Of a stretch of 32,000 nucleotides of DNA, positions 9,801-16,649 are shown in pieces. The notes below the pieces were generated by a model that ran no database searches, had not been told where the DNA came from, and saw only the letters and a program-made list of their open reading frames with translations. The stretch covers positions 2,220,001-2,252,000 of the forward strand of contig NC_009925.1 in the NCBI RefSeq assembly GCF_000018105.1, read 5' to 3'. This DNA comes from Acaryochloris marina MBIC11017. GTDB lineage: Bacteria; Cyanobacteriota; Cyanobacteriia; Thermosynechococcales; Thermosynechococcaceae. A program made the translations under genes and the position numbers. The number at the start of each line of letters is the position of its first letter. The stretch's first letter is position 1.

Positions 9801-10698
9801 CATGACCGTCTTGCCCAAGAAGGGTGTCGTTGCCGCTGCCGCCTTTGATATGGTCATGGCCTGCACCACCATCTACTAAGTCATTGCCAGTACCGCCTTC
9901 TGCATAATCTTCGCCTTCCCCTGCGAATAGGGTATCGTGGCCTTGGTCTCCAGATAGATTGTCGTTACCTGCGCCGCCCTCTATATAGTCATTGCCAGTA
10001 CCGCCGGTCAGGTAGTCTTCACCCGCTTCTCCGTAAAGGCTATCGTTACCCGCACCACCGGACACCCAGTAGTCATTGCCTGCACCACCGATTAACTCGT
10101 CATGGCCACCTTCACCATCGATAATGTCGTGACCGTCTTGCCCAAGAAGGGTGTCGTTGCCGCTGCCGCCTTTGATATGGTCATGACCACTGCCCCCATC
10201 GACGAGGTCGTTGCCTTGGCCGCCGTTGGCATAGTCTTCGTTTTCGCCACCATAAAGGCTGTCATTGCCTTGGTCGCCACTGAGATTATCATTTCCGGTA
10301 CCACCTGAGAGATAGTCATGGCCAGCACCACCGCTCATGACATCGTTTTGGCCTTCCCCGTAGAGGCTATCATTGCCAGCCCCACCAGACATCCAGTAAT
10401 CGTCGCCAGCACCACCGACTAACTTGTCGTTGCCATTGCCACCTTCTAAAACATCGTGGCCGTCTTGACCGAGGAGGGTGTCATGGCCGCTACCCCCTTT
10501 GAGGTGGTCATGATTAGCGCCACCATCGACGAAGTCATTCCCTTGGCCACCCTCAGCATAGTCTTCACCTTCGCCAGCGAGGAGGGTGTCATCTCCCTTA
10601 TCACCAACAAGATTATCGTTACCAAGGTCTCCCAGAATTGTGTCGTCTTCTAAGGAGCCGACTAAAAAATCGTCATTCTCAGTTCCGAATACTTGCAT
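6808..10698 (-). CDS. Large RTX (hemolysin-type Ca2+-binding nonapeptide repeat) protein with an internal beta-sandwich (DUF642/CBM-like) domain
   Basis: 1296 aa dominated by GGxGxDxL/I/F nonapeptides. Residues around 975-1140 (APRNLVANGSFEDNQLG...WTTTQGKGIEVQ...ELDSHNN...YEISFAYTPRPG...LEFRAAGKDDSLGGYLDDVTVFE) look like a galactose-binding-like/DUF642-type domain. More RTX repeats and a non-repeat tail follow at the C-terminus. There is no N-terminal signal peptide, which fits a type I secretion substrate. Confidence 0.9.
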   Translation of the reverse strand: MQVFGTENDDFLVGSLEDDTILGDLGNDNLVGDKGDDTLLAGEGEDYAEGGQGNDFVDGGANHDHLKGGSGHDTLLGQDGHDVLEGGNGNDKLVGGAGDDYWMSGGAGNDSLYGEGQNDVMSGGAGHDYLSGGTGNDNLSGDQGNDSLYGGENEDYANGGQGNDLVDGGSGHDHIKGGSGNDTLLGQDGHDIIDGEGGHDELIGGAGNDYWVSGGAGNDSLYGEAGEDYLTGGTGNDYIEGGAGNDNLSGDQGHDTLFAGEGEDYAEGGTGNDLVDGGAGHDHIKGGSGNDTLLGQDGHDIIEGEAGHDELIGGAGDDYFVSGGTGNDSLYGEAGNDFLTGGKGRDYIEGGADNDNLQGNQGHDTLLGGDGEDYAEGGSGRDLVDGGAGHDHIKGGSGNDTLLGQDGHDILEGEAGHDELIGGSGDDYWVSGGTGNDSLYGEAGDDVLSGGKGRDYLEGGIGNDALFGDEGKDTLYAGEGEDYAEGGKGSDLIDGGAGHDVLKGGTGNDTLLGQEGADVLEGEAGHDKLIGGAGDDYWVSGGTGNDSLYGEAGHDVLSGGKGRDYIEGGLDNDALFGDEGRDTLYAGEGDDYAEGGAGRDLVDGGAGHDVLKGGTGNDTLLGQDGNDVLEGGAGHDELIGGAGSDGWISGGTGNDSLYGEAGDDVLSGGKGRDYIEGGIGNDALFGNEGKDTLLAGDGEDYAEGGKGSDLIDGGAGHDVLKGGTGNDTLLGQDGADVLEGEAGHDKLIGGAGDDYWVSGGTGNDSLYGEVGHDVLSGGRGRDYIEGGLDNDALFGDEGRDTLYAGEGDDYAEGGAGRDLVDGGAGHDVLKGGTGNDTLLGQDGHDILEGEAGHDKLIGGAGDDYWVSGGTGNDSLYGEAGHDVLSGDEGRDLIYGGTGNDVVLGGAGRDRLYGGEGEDIIVGNEGADRLYGDAGHDILNGGAGNDTIYGGTGNDIIDGGAEDVIAPRNLVANGSFEDNQLGNRNWGVFGSVEGWTTTQGKGIEVQQFGKADDGKARIELDSHNNSGMMQNLDTEAGKTYEISFAYTPRPGVAETSNPIEVYWNGELLDTITGASKTEAWKTYTYTVEAGEGETTALEFRAAGKDDSLGGYLDDVTVFESVSATRNDLLFGGEGDDIVLGNNGNDRLSGNQGNDILEGGFGNDTLIGGAGNDILVGVDPNAGFGQGSVDVLTGGAGEDHFILGNAVAFYNDGDDQSAGTYDFAMITDFNTQEDKIQLAGSASDYVLGSTAQGVNLYLDTNQDGQVGGSDELIATISGVSQLSLTDSSFYYASPVVAF
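8041..10524 (-). repeat. Intragenic tandem repeat: about 7.6 copies of a 327-bp (109-aa, 12-nonapeptide) unit
   Basis: Units start at residue 59 (GGANHDHLKGG...) and recur every 109 aa. I checked that the D821 codon lies at 8236-8238. Later units alternate between two variants, one ending GGKGSDLID and one ending GGAGRDLVD, giving a 654-bp super-period. For example, 8221-8340 and 8875-8994 are roughly 90 percent identical by eye. Confidence 0.85.
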
Positions 10699-10944
10699 GC
10701 TTCTAGCCTTTATCTCGTATGTATATTTAGGCTATTCATTGCAGTTAGCTTGAAGGTCAACAAAAAACCATATAAGAATAACTTATGATTAGTCGATCAA
10801 AACCTCTGTATTCTTTTTCTAGACTGGCTTTGAGTTTAATTTTATTTTCAGGCAAATATTTTTCTTAATCAGAGTGTCATCCGTAGAAATATCTATTTTT
10901 TCCAGGATATTGAGCGACATAATTCCTGCAATACCTGCTAACTT

Positions 10945-11802
10945 ATGGAGGTAAATCAGGCTTCAAATGCAGGTGAACAGATGGGGGGCAAGAGAAAAAA
11001 AACTTGGCGACGACGAGTTTTTGAAATATTGGAAGTAGCCGATGCAGGGGACCGAGCTAGCCAAATCTTCGATATCAGCTTGTTAGTGTTGATTTTGGCC
11101 AACTTGGTGGTGATCACCCTTGAAACGGTTGAAGGACTAACGACGCAATATCGAACCTATTTCGAGGTTTGTGAGACCGTCAGCATCACGATTTTTACAA
11201 TTGAGTATCTGCTAAGGATCTGGTCCTGTACGGCTGCTCCAGACTTTCAGCATCCTGTATTGGGTCGGCTTAAATTTCTATTTACCCCTCTGGCTTTGAT
11301 CGATTTGATGGCGTTAGCACCGTTTTATTTACCGTTGCTGATTCCCATTGATATCCGGTTTATTCGCTTTGTCCGTTTGCTGAGGGTTCTACGGTTATTT
11401 AAGCTCAGCCGCTATTTCCAGTCGTTTCAAGTCTTAGGAAATATCCTTAAGTCGAAACGAGATGAGTTATTGGTCACTCTGATGGGGGTGTTTGGCTTGC
11501 TATGGCTGGCCTCTACCATGATGTACTTTATTGAGCATGATGCTCAGCCGGAAGCCTTTGCCAATATTCCAGCCACCATGTGGTGGGGAGTGGCGACTCT
11601 GACAACGGTGGGGTATGGAGATATCTATCCCGTGACTACAGCCGGTCGAGTGTTAGGAAGTGTGATTTCAATCCTGGGAATTGGTTTGTTTGCATTGCCA
11701 ACAGGGATTTTGGCGTCCGGTTTTACAGAAGAATTAGATCGCCGCAAGCAATTACCCAGCCCTGAACCCAGCACTTGTCCACATTGTGGAAAACCTTTAT
11801 AG
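10945..11802 (+). CDS. Voltage-gated-type (6-TM) potassium channel
   Basis: The S4-like segment RFIRFVRLLRVLRLFKLSR has a basic residue at every third position. The K+ selectivity filter is TLTTVGYGD. The alternative start MGGKRKK at 10981 is possible. Confidence 0.9.
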   Translation: MEVNQASNAGEQMGGKRKKTWRRRVFEILEVADAGDRASQIFDISLLVLILANLVVITLETVEGLTTQYRTYFEVCETVSITIFTIEYLLRIWSCTAAPDFQHPVLGRLKFLFTPLALIDLMALAPFYLPLLIPIDIRFIRFVRLLRVLRLFKLSRYFQSFQVLGNILKSKRDELLVTLMGVFGLLWLASTMMYFIEHDAQPEAFANIPATMWWGVATLTTVGYGDIYPVTTAGRVLGSVISILGIGLFALPTGILASGFTEELDRRKQLPSPEPSTCPHCGKPL

Positions 11803-11996
11803 CTGCATGATGATCATGCTTTAACCCTCTTAAGAATATGTGTAGCTTCATCAATCACAGACCTCGGACGTGGTCAGTGTGCTAGCGTGGAATTTCCGTT
11901 TGCGGGACTTGAGTGCGACTTCCGAACTCCATCTTGAAAATGGCGCTAGCCTGTCGTGCCACTACTCCCCAAACGGGCTGATTTATACCGACGAGA

Positions 11997-13433
11997 ATGG
12001 CTTCTACCTGGACCCAACGTCAGCAACAGGTCGAACGGGAAGACCTGGTGATGTTTATTAATGCCTGTCTAAGCTGTACTGGGCAGCGCGAATTTTATGA
12101 CGATGCCTGGGGGCAGAAACTGTCCCTCGACTTTTTGCATGACTATATTTTGGGCAACTATCGGTTACTCTATGCCCGCACCTTAGCCGCAGGGATTAAT
12201 CACTTTAATCAGAGCCAAATTATTCTCAAATTATTAGCAACGGGTAAGCAAACCCTGCCAGAACATCGCCAGGAAGAAGGTCGTCTGATTGCAGCCACGT
12301 TGAATGCGTTGCCCACCCAACGAGCTTGGAAAGTCCTAGAACACATTCGTAAGCGACGCATTAATAATCGGCGGGCAAGGGCGATTACTCGCGATTATAT
12401 TGCAGCCCACCAGAACCGATTGGATTTTGATGCGGTGAAATATCGATCCAAAGTGCGTGGGATCGCAACTCACAATCACCTCAAGTTACCTGGTGAAGTT
12501 GGCCCCTTTTTATTCCGAGACTGGCCCCAGCAGTTTGAAACGGACCTGTTTGAGAAATTTCGCAAAGCGTATTACAGCCATGAGGCGATTTATGAGCTGC
12601 CCTTTACAGTAGCCGAAGGATTAGCAGCCAAACATCAGATTCCTCGCGATCGCTTTTTGACTCGAATTGAGTCTCAAATGACTCAGGCGGAGAAAGTGCG
12701 GTTGCAGCAAAGTACTAGCAGCACGTCGATACTCACCGTTGATCTAAAACGCACCCCGCTCACCAAGCTGGCCCTCTACTGCCTATCTCTATCCATACAA
12801 GAACGGAAAAACCGGCGGGCAGAATTAACAGCGGCTTTAGAACAGTCCTCCCAAGCCGCGCTGCGTCGGGCACCTTTAAAGCTAGGACGGGTTGCAGCAG
12901 TATTGGACTGTAGCTATTCCAGTAGTGGCTCCAATGAAAAACGACGACGACCTTTGGGGGTCGCTTTAGCCGTTCACTATCTGTTGCAAGCAGCCACAGC
13001 AGACTACCAAGCCTTTTGGACATCATCGGTACCAGATCCACTTCTCATTCAACCTCGGGGACAAACGGATCTGGCCACCCCTTTGCTGGATGCCTTAGAA
13101 ACGAAACCCGATGTAGTAGTGATTTTGTCGGATGGCTGGGAGAATGATCCACCCCATGGAGCCTCGGAAGTGTTGCGGGTGTTCCGCAACCGCATCGATT
13201 CATCCGTTTCCATCCTGCACTGCAATCCGGTTTTCAATGCTGATGACTTTTCTGTAAAAGCCCTGAGTCCTGCAGTCCCCACCGTAGGACTGCGAGATGC
13301 GGAGGACTTACCGACAGTGTTGGGATTTGCCCAATTTGCGGACGGGCAATCGTCTTTAGCGGAGCTGGAGCAGTATTTACAGGTCCGCGTCCAGCAGTTT
13401 CTCTCCACCTTTGACCCCAACCATGGCTCCTAA
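11997..13433 (+). CDS. Divergent Ro60/Rsr-like protein: TROVE-like N-terminal region + C-terminal vWA domain (assignment tentative)
   Basis: Motif-level resemblance to Ro60/Rsr from memory:
- FINACLSCTGQREFYDD vs FL(V/C)xGxxGGT(F/Y)Y
- RRARAITRDYIAAHQNRLDFDAVKYRSK vs LRRAVARWY...LAYQLVKYQAR
- MIDAS-like DxSxS in AAVLDCSYSSSGS
- VVVILSDGWEND vs VVYTDSETW

The start may instead be ATG 12051 (MFINAC...). Confidence 0.55.
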   Translation: MASTWTQRQQQVEREDLVMFINACLSCTGQREFYDDAWGQKLSLDFLHDYILGNYRLLYARTLAAGINHFNQSQIILKLLATGKQTLPEHRQEEGRLIAATLNALPTQRAWKVLEHIRKRRINNRRARAITRDYIAAHQNRLDFDAVKYRSKVRGIATHNHLKLPGEVGPFLFRDWPQQFETDLFEKFRKAYYSHEAIYELPFTVAEGLAAKHQIPRDRFLTRIESQMTQAEKVRLQQSTSSTSILTVDLKRTPLTKLALYCLSLSIQERKNRRAELTAALEQSSQAALRRAPLKLGRVAAVLDCSYSSSGSNEKRRRPLGVALAVHYLLQAATADYQAFWTSSVPDPLLIQPRGQTDLATPLLDALETKPDVVVILSDGWENDPPHGASEVLRVFRNRIDSSVSILHCNPVFNADDFSVKALSPAVPTVGLRDAEDLPTVLGFAQFADGQSSLAELEQYLQVRVQQFLSTFDPNHGS

Positions 13434-14583
13434 AGCGCCTCTACTGAATACCCTTTCCCTCAAAGGGATAGAGATTGCCCCTTCTCAAGTTTGGGGGGCG
13501 ATTCGGATTGTGCCGCTCCTGCGCCGCAACGTTCGGGGCGATCTGCGTCTAGCCAAGCGAGACTATAACGAAGATCTCACCGTCGTCTCCCTTCCAGACA
13601 AGACAGTGTACACGTCCTATGTCCCCCACGGTTTAGTGCTGTCCTGGAATGAAGAGGGTCAACCCGTTGCCGCCAAAGGCAGTCAGTTAGGGACCGATGG
13701 AAAACGCTTTCATGCCGGCCCTGCCAGTGTCCGAGTACTGTCGCGCATGGCAAAACGGGAAGCCCGTAACCAGCTCCGATTTCTCCCTCTGCATCTAGCT
13801 ATGGAAGGGTTTCTATCCCTATTTTTCTCGGGACCGGATATTGCTTGGAGTGAGTATTCTAAACAAGCTTTGTCTCAAGGGTTATCACCACGGACAGAAT
13901 GGTCAGTTTCGGGACAGGCGATTCAGGGTCTCGCGGATGCCTTGCGGGTGTTTGAAATCCACGAGCATCAGGTAGGGATGCTGATGTTTGTATCGGAGGC
14001 ATTGGCGTCTGCCTTTATCACCCCCACACCAGAGGACTACCGGCTACTGCACTCCAGTTTGCTGCAAGACTTCTATGGAGAGTTGCTGTATCAGTATGGG
14101 ATTTATGGGGGCACGGTTCCCATGCAGAGCCAGGTGGATGAATCGAAGGTGGAGACTTTGGCGGATTTGCGGGATGCGATCGCAACTCTCAGACAAGACT
14201 GGGCCGATTTCCAAGGACTGATGGCTAGCGATCTATTGCAACGTCCCATTGAATCGAAGCGCATCTACACAGCAGGTCCCTTTACCTTGCAGCGCTTTAT
14301 CACCGACCTACAACTTAAATCGGAGAACCACATTGGCGAGGCAATCGTCCGTCAGGATGGGCAACTGGAATACCTCAAAACCTATCGTTTATCTGCAGGT
14401 CAGGCTCGACGGGCTTATCTGCTCAGTCAGCTAGCTGCCCAAGGCTGGAATATAGAGCGAACGGCGCTATCGATGAATGAGACACTAGAGAACTTTATCT
14501 ATCGGCTAGAAAAAGCTGGCTTTGGCTATTTGATCAATAATCTAGTGCGGGAGCAGGCTCGAAAAGCGCGACGACGGGATTAA
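13423..14583 (+). CDS. Hypothetical 386-aa protein translationally coupled to the TROVE/vWA-like gene
   Basis: The track start 13411 is a TTG. ATG 13423 overlaps the upstream stop (TAA 13431-13433) by 11 nt. There are no catalytic or nucleotide-binding motifs I can recognise. The tail is basic (REQARKARRRD). A faint resemblance of HEHQVGMLMFVSEALASAFITPTPEDYRLL to DUF6569/ARPP-1-type proteins is unverified. Confidence 0.7.
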   Translation: MAPKAPLLNTLSLKGIEIAPSQVWGAIRIVPLLRRNVRGDLRLAKRDYNEDLTVVSLPDKTVYTSYVPHGLVLSWNEEGQPVAAKGSQLGTDGKRFHAGPASVRVLSRMAKREARNQLRFLPLHLAMEGFLSLFFSGPDIAWSEYSKQALSQGLSPRTEWSVSGQAIQGLADALRVFEIHEHQVGMLMFVSEALASAFITPTPEDYRLLHSSLLQDFYGELLYQYGIYGGTVPMQSQVDESKVETLADLRDAIATLRQDWADFQGLMASDLLQRPIESKRIYTAGPFTLQRFITDLQLKSENHIGEAIVRQDGQLEYLKTYRLSAGQARRAYLLSQLAAQGWNIERTALSMNETLENFIYRLEKAGFGYLINNLVREQARKARRRD

Positions 14584-14600
14584 GAGGATGCCAAAGATGG

Positions 14601-15881
14601 TTACGAGCCAATCGCCATTTCGTTGAAGCGAAGTTGCGATCGCACATTTACTCGATGATTGGCCTGCACATAGTCAGCAAGATACCGAACATCCCTAGCA
14701 ATCCCCGAAAAACGTCCAGACCCCCAGGTATAGAGCCAAGGTAAGCCCACAAAATAGAGTCCTTTCACCCCAGTGACACCCCGATCATGCCCAGGGTAAC
14801 CCTTGCCATCAAACACAGGAATTTCCACCCAGGAATAGTTCATGTCATAGCCAATGGACCAAATCACAGTGGTGATATGGGCAGCCTCTAGGTTCAGAGC
14901 AGTGGGTTCAGTGGCAGGTTCCCAAACTGGGCAATAGGGGGCCTCCACAGGGGCCTCAATTTGATGCTTGTCAATATAGGCATCAATTGTTCCCTTGATA
15001 CTTTCAGCTACCGCATCGGCCTGGTCCAAGTTCTCTCGCAAATTGGCATGAAAGGTTAACTGAGCCTCGCGAATATCCGTCAGTCTGCCGTAGAGCTGCA
15101 TTCCTTCCAGAGCAAAATGACGTAAATCAATCTCCCGCCCTCCACCACGGCCCGTTACATAGTGGTTGGTTTTGGTTCTCACCTGTTCTTTTTGGGGATG
15201 ATCTTCAATGGTCAGATCGTAGTAACCCAGTTGATCCAGCCAATCCACCACATCTTTGCCTCGGTATTGTCGGGGCGATCGCGGCGCACTACCAACACAC
15301 AAATGCACCTGTTTCCCCGACAGATGTAGATCTTCCGCAATCTGACATCCCGATTGCCCCGTTCCCACCACTAGAACTGCTCCATCGGCTAAACTCTCAG
15401 GATTTTTATACTCAGAAGAATGGAGTTGACGAATCCCTGCAGGTAAACGCTGGGCCATGCCAGGGATGCGAGGGCGATGATACCCACCAGTGGCCACCAC
15501 AATTTGATCGGCGGAAAACTCACCAATGGAAGTGGACACTTCAAACACATCGCTAATGGGGTTTTTGCGCACTCTCTGCACGCTGACACCTTCTCTAACT
15601 GGAGGATTAAAGGAACGGGCGTAGGCTTCGATATAATCCACGATTTGTTCTTTCTGCATAAACCCGTTGGGGTCATCCCCCGGATAGGAAAATCCGGGTA
15701 GCTGACATTGCCAATTCGGGGTGACCAGGCAGAACGAATCCCAACGCTTATTCCGCCAGGAATGGGCAATCTGATCCTGTTCAAAGATAATGTGATCGAT
15801 CTGGCGTTCGCCCAAACAGTAACTGACCGATAAACCAGCCTGTCCTCCACCGACAATGATGACGGAATAGTGACTGCCCAT
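14601..15881 (-). CDS. FAD-dependent (flavin-containing monooxygenase-like) oxidoreductase, Nit1C-associated (MSMEG_0569-type)
   Basis: Dinucleotide-binding motifs VIIVGGGQAGLS and VLVVGTGQSGCQIAED. The track start 15893 is a TTG. ATG 15881 (MGSHYSV...) is preceded by GGAGGG (minus-strand GATTGGAGGGAAAT-ATG). It is divergent from the nitrilase operon. Confidence 0.85.
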   Translation of the reverse strand: MGSHYSVIIVGGGQAGLSVSYCLGERQIDHIIFEQDQIAHSWRNKRWDSFCLVTPNWQCQLPGFSYPGDDPNGFMQKEQIVDYIEAYARSFNPPVREGVSVQRVRKNPISDVFEVSTSIGEFSADQIVVATGGYHRPRIPGMAQRLPAGIRQLHSSEYKNPESLADGAVLVVGTGQSGCQIAEDLHLSGKQVHLCVGSAPRSPRQYRGKDVVDWLDQLGYYDLTIEDHPQKEQVRTKTNHYVTGRGGGREIDLRHFALEGMQLYGRLTDIREAQLTFHANLRENLDQADAVAESIKGTIDAYIDKHQIEAPVEAPYCPVWEPATEPTALNLEAAHITTVIWSIGYDMNYSWVEIPVFDGKGYPGHDRGVTGVKGLYFVGLPWLYTWGSGRFSGIARDVRYLADYVQANHRVNVRSQLRFNEMAIGS

Positions 15882-15908
15882 ATTTCCCTCCAATCTGCGC
15901 TTGTTTGC

Positions 15909-15950
15909 ACCATAGAAGGCATACAGACGTGATCCTGTTACAGAGGCTAC
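15909..15950 (-). promoter_or_regulatory. Candidate NtcA-activated promoter for the flavoprotein gene
   Basis: The minus strand reads GTAGCCTCTGTAAC (GTA-N8-AAC, 15950..15937), then exactly 22 nt, then TATGGT (TAN3T, 15914..15909). This places the predicted TSS about 20 nt upstream of ATG 15881. Confidence 0.45.
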
Positions 15951-16093
15951 GAAATTGAAATGTTTAGTACTATCAGTAGGTTAGAAAAGGTTCGATGATG
16001 CTTCGGAATTGTGTTTGGGCTCCGCAATATTGCACATCCTATGATTTTCGATAGTCATAAACGATTTAATCTAAGCACTTTGGAGATTTGATC

Positions 16094-16249
16094 ATGAATG
16101 ATAAAGATTGGTCAGATATGATTGGAGGTTTGGCTGCTGATGCTCTATTAGATGCAAATATTATCCAGAAAGATCAATTTCAAGATGCTTGCGAAGTGAT
16201 TGCCGAAGAAGTCTTCGTTCGTTTATGTCTGAATGACAGACCCACATGA
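16094..16249 (+). CDS. Possible 51-aa small protein (below the ORF-track cutoff)
   Basis: GGAG at 16082-16085 sits 8 nt upstream of ATG 16094. Translation is MNDKDWSDMIGGLAADALLDANIIQKDQFQDACEVIAEEVFVRLCLNDRPT, with stop TGA at 16247-16249. It is helical and acidic and looks protein-like, but there is no family match. Confidence 0.3.
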   Translation: MNDKDWSDMIGGLAADALLDANIIQKDQFQDACEVIAEEVFVRLCLNDRPT

Positions 16250-16490
16250 ACAGATCTCGACAGCATGGGCACCTAAGCTCCTACCAAAGAAGATCCGATC
16301 TTCCGAATCAAACGTAATTATGGCTGCGTACCCCTTATACTTCATCGTTGATACCTGCCTTGGTTAAGAAGCCTCAAACTGCTTGCACTTGATATGGAGC
16401 AGTCCTTTGGATTCTGAGTATCTTGAGCCGGGATTGATCATTGAACTCTAATTTTTGGAAATGAGTTTATTTTGATCGTGAATATTATTT

Positions 16491-16512
16491 GACCTATCAC
16501 TTTTGATAGGTC
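16491..16512. terminator. Perfect 9-bp inverted repeat hairpin (possible terminator/insulator or operator)
   Basis: GACCTATCA-CTTT-TGATAGGTC. It is flanked by an A/T-rich run upstream (AATATTATTT) and a T-rich run downstream (ATCTCCATTCTTTTACTC). It lies about 75 nt upstream of the NtcA box of the nitrilase operon. Confidence 0.4.
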
Positions 16513-16585
16513 ATCTCCATTCTTTTACTCTGAAGTGATTCAATCGTTGCAATTCCCTGTTACTTCAATCAAACATTGCGGGTTT

Positions 16586-16627
16586 GTAGTTATTGATACA
16601 GGGGCATAAATTCAACCCACTTACTGT
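16586..16627 (+). promoter_or_regulatory. Candidate NtcA-activated promoter for the Hyp1-nitrilase operon
   Basis: GTAGTTATTGATAC (perfect GTA-N8-TAC, 16586-16599), then exactly 22 nt, then TACTGT (TAN3T, 16622-16627). Confidence 0.5.
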
Positions 16628-16649
16628 GCAGAGTTAATGATGCTCACCT

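Noticed and set aside
8041-10524. Whether the regular repeats could be a CRISPR array or a mobile-element array
   Set aside because: The period is 327 bp with no unique spacers. The repeats are in frame and encode Ca-binding nonapeptides. No cas genes are present.
7163-10653. About ten 60-80-aa ORFs on both strands inside the RTX gene (for example 7163..7372, 8738..8926, 10092..10331)
   Set aside because: They are alternative-frame or antisense readings of the GGxGxD repeat DNA, which is stop-poor and periodic. All are nested in a 1296-aa ORF with an unmistakable RTX signature.
11805-11819. Hairpin GCATGA-TGA-TCATGC right after the K+ channel stop, as an intrinsic terminator
   Set aside because: The stem is only 6 bp with a 3-nt loop and only TTT follows, which is too weak to annotate. 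The imperfect stem plus T-run at about 6442-6464 after the helicase gene was judged too weak in the same way.
11803-12061. Possible Y-RNA-like gene or 63-aa ORF (11870..12061) upstream of the TROVE-like gene. It includes GCTAGCG (11881-11887) / CGCTAGC (11944-11950) and a TGGTCAGTG segment reminiscent of the Y-RNA GGUC stem.
   Set aside because: The inverted repeat is only 7 bp and is mostly the self-palindromic hexamer GCTAGC occurring twice. I could not extend it into a long terminal stem. The ORF has a GTG start and overlaps the next gene. It is left as something to test with covariance models, not as a call.
15389-15922. 177-aa minus-strand ORF overlapping the 5' part of the flavoprotein gene in another frame
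   Set aside because: The overlapping frame carries the GxGxxG FAD-binding motifs and a GGAGGG SD. This ORF has no recognisable features.
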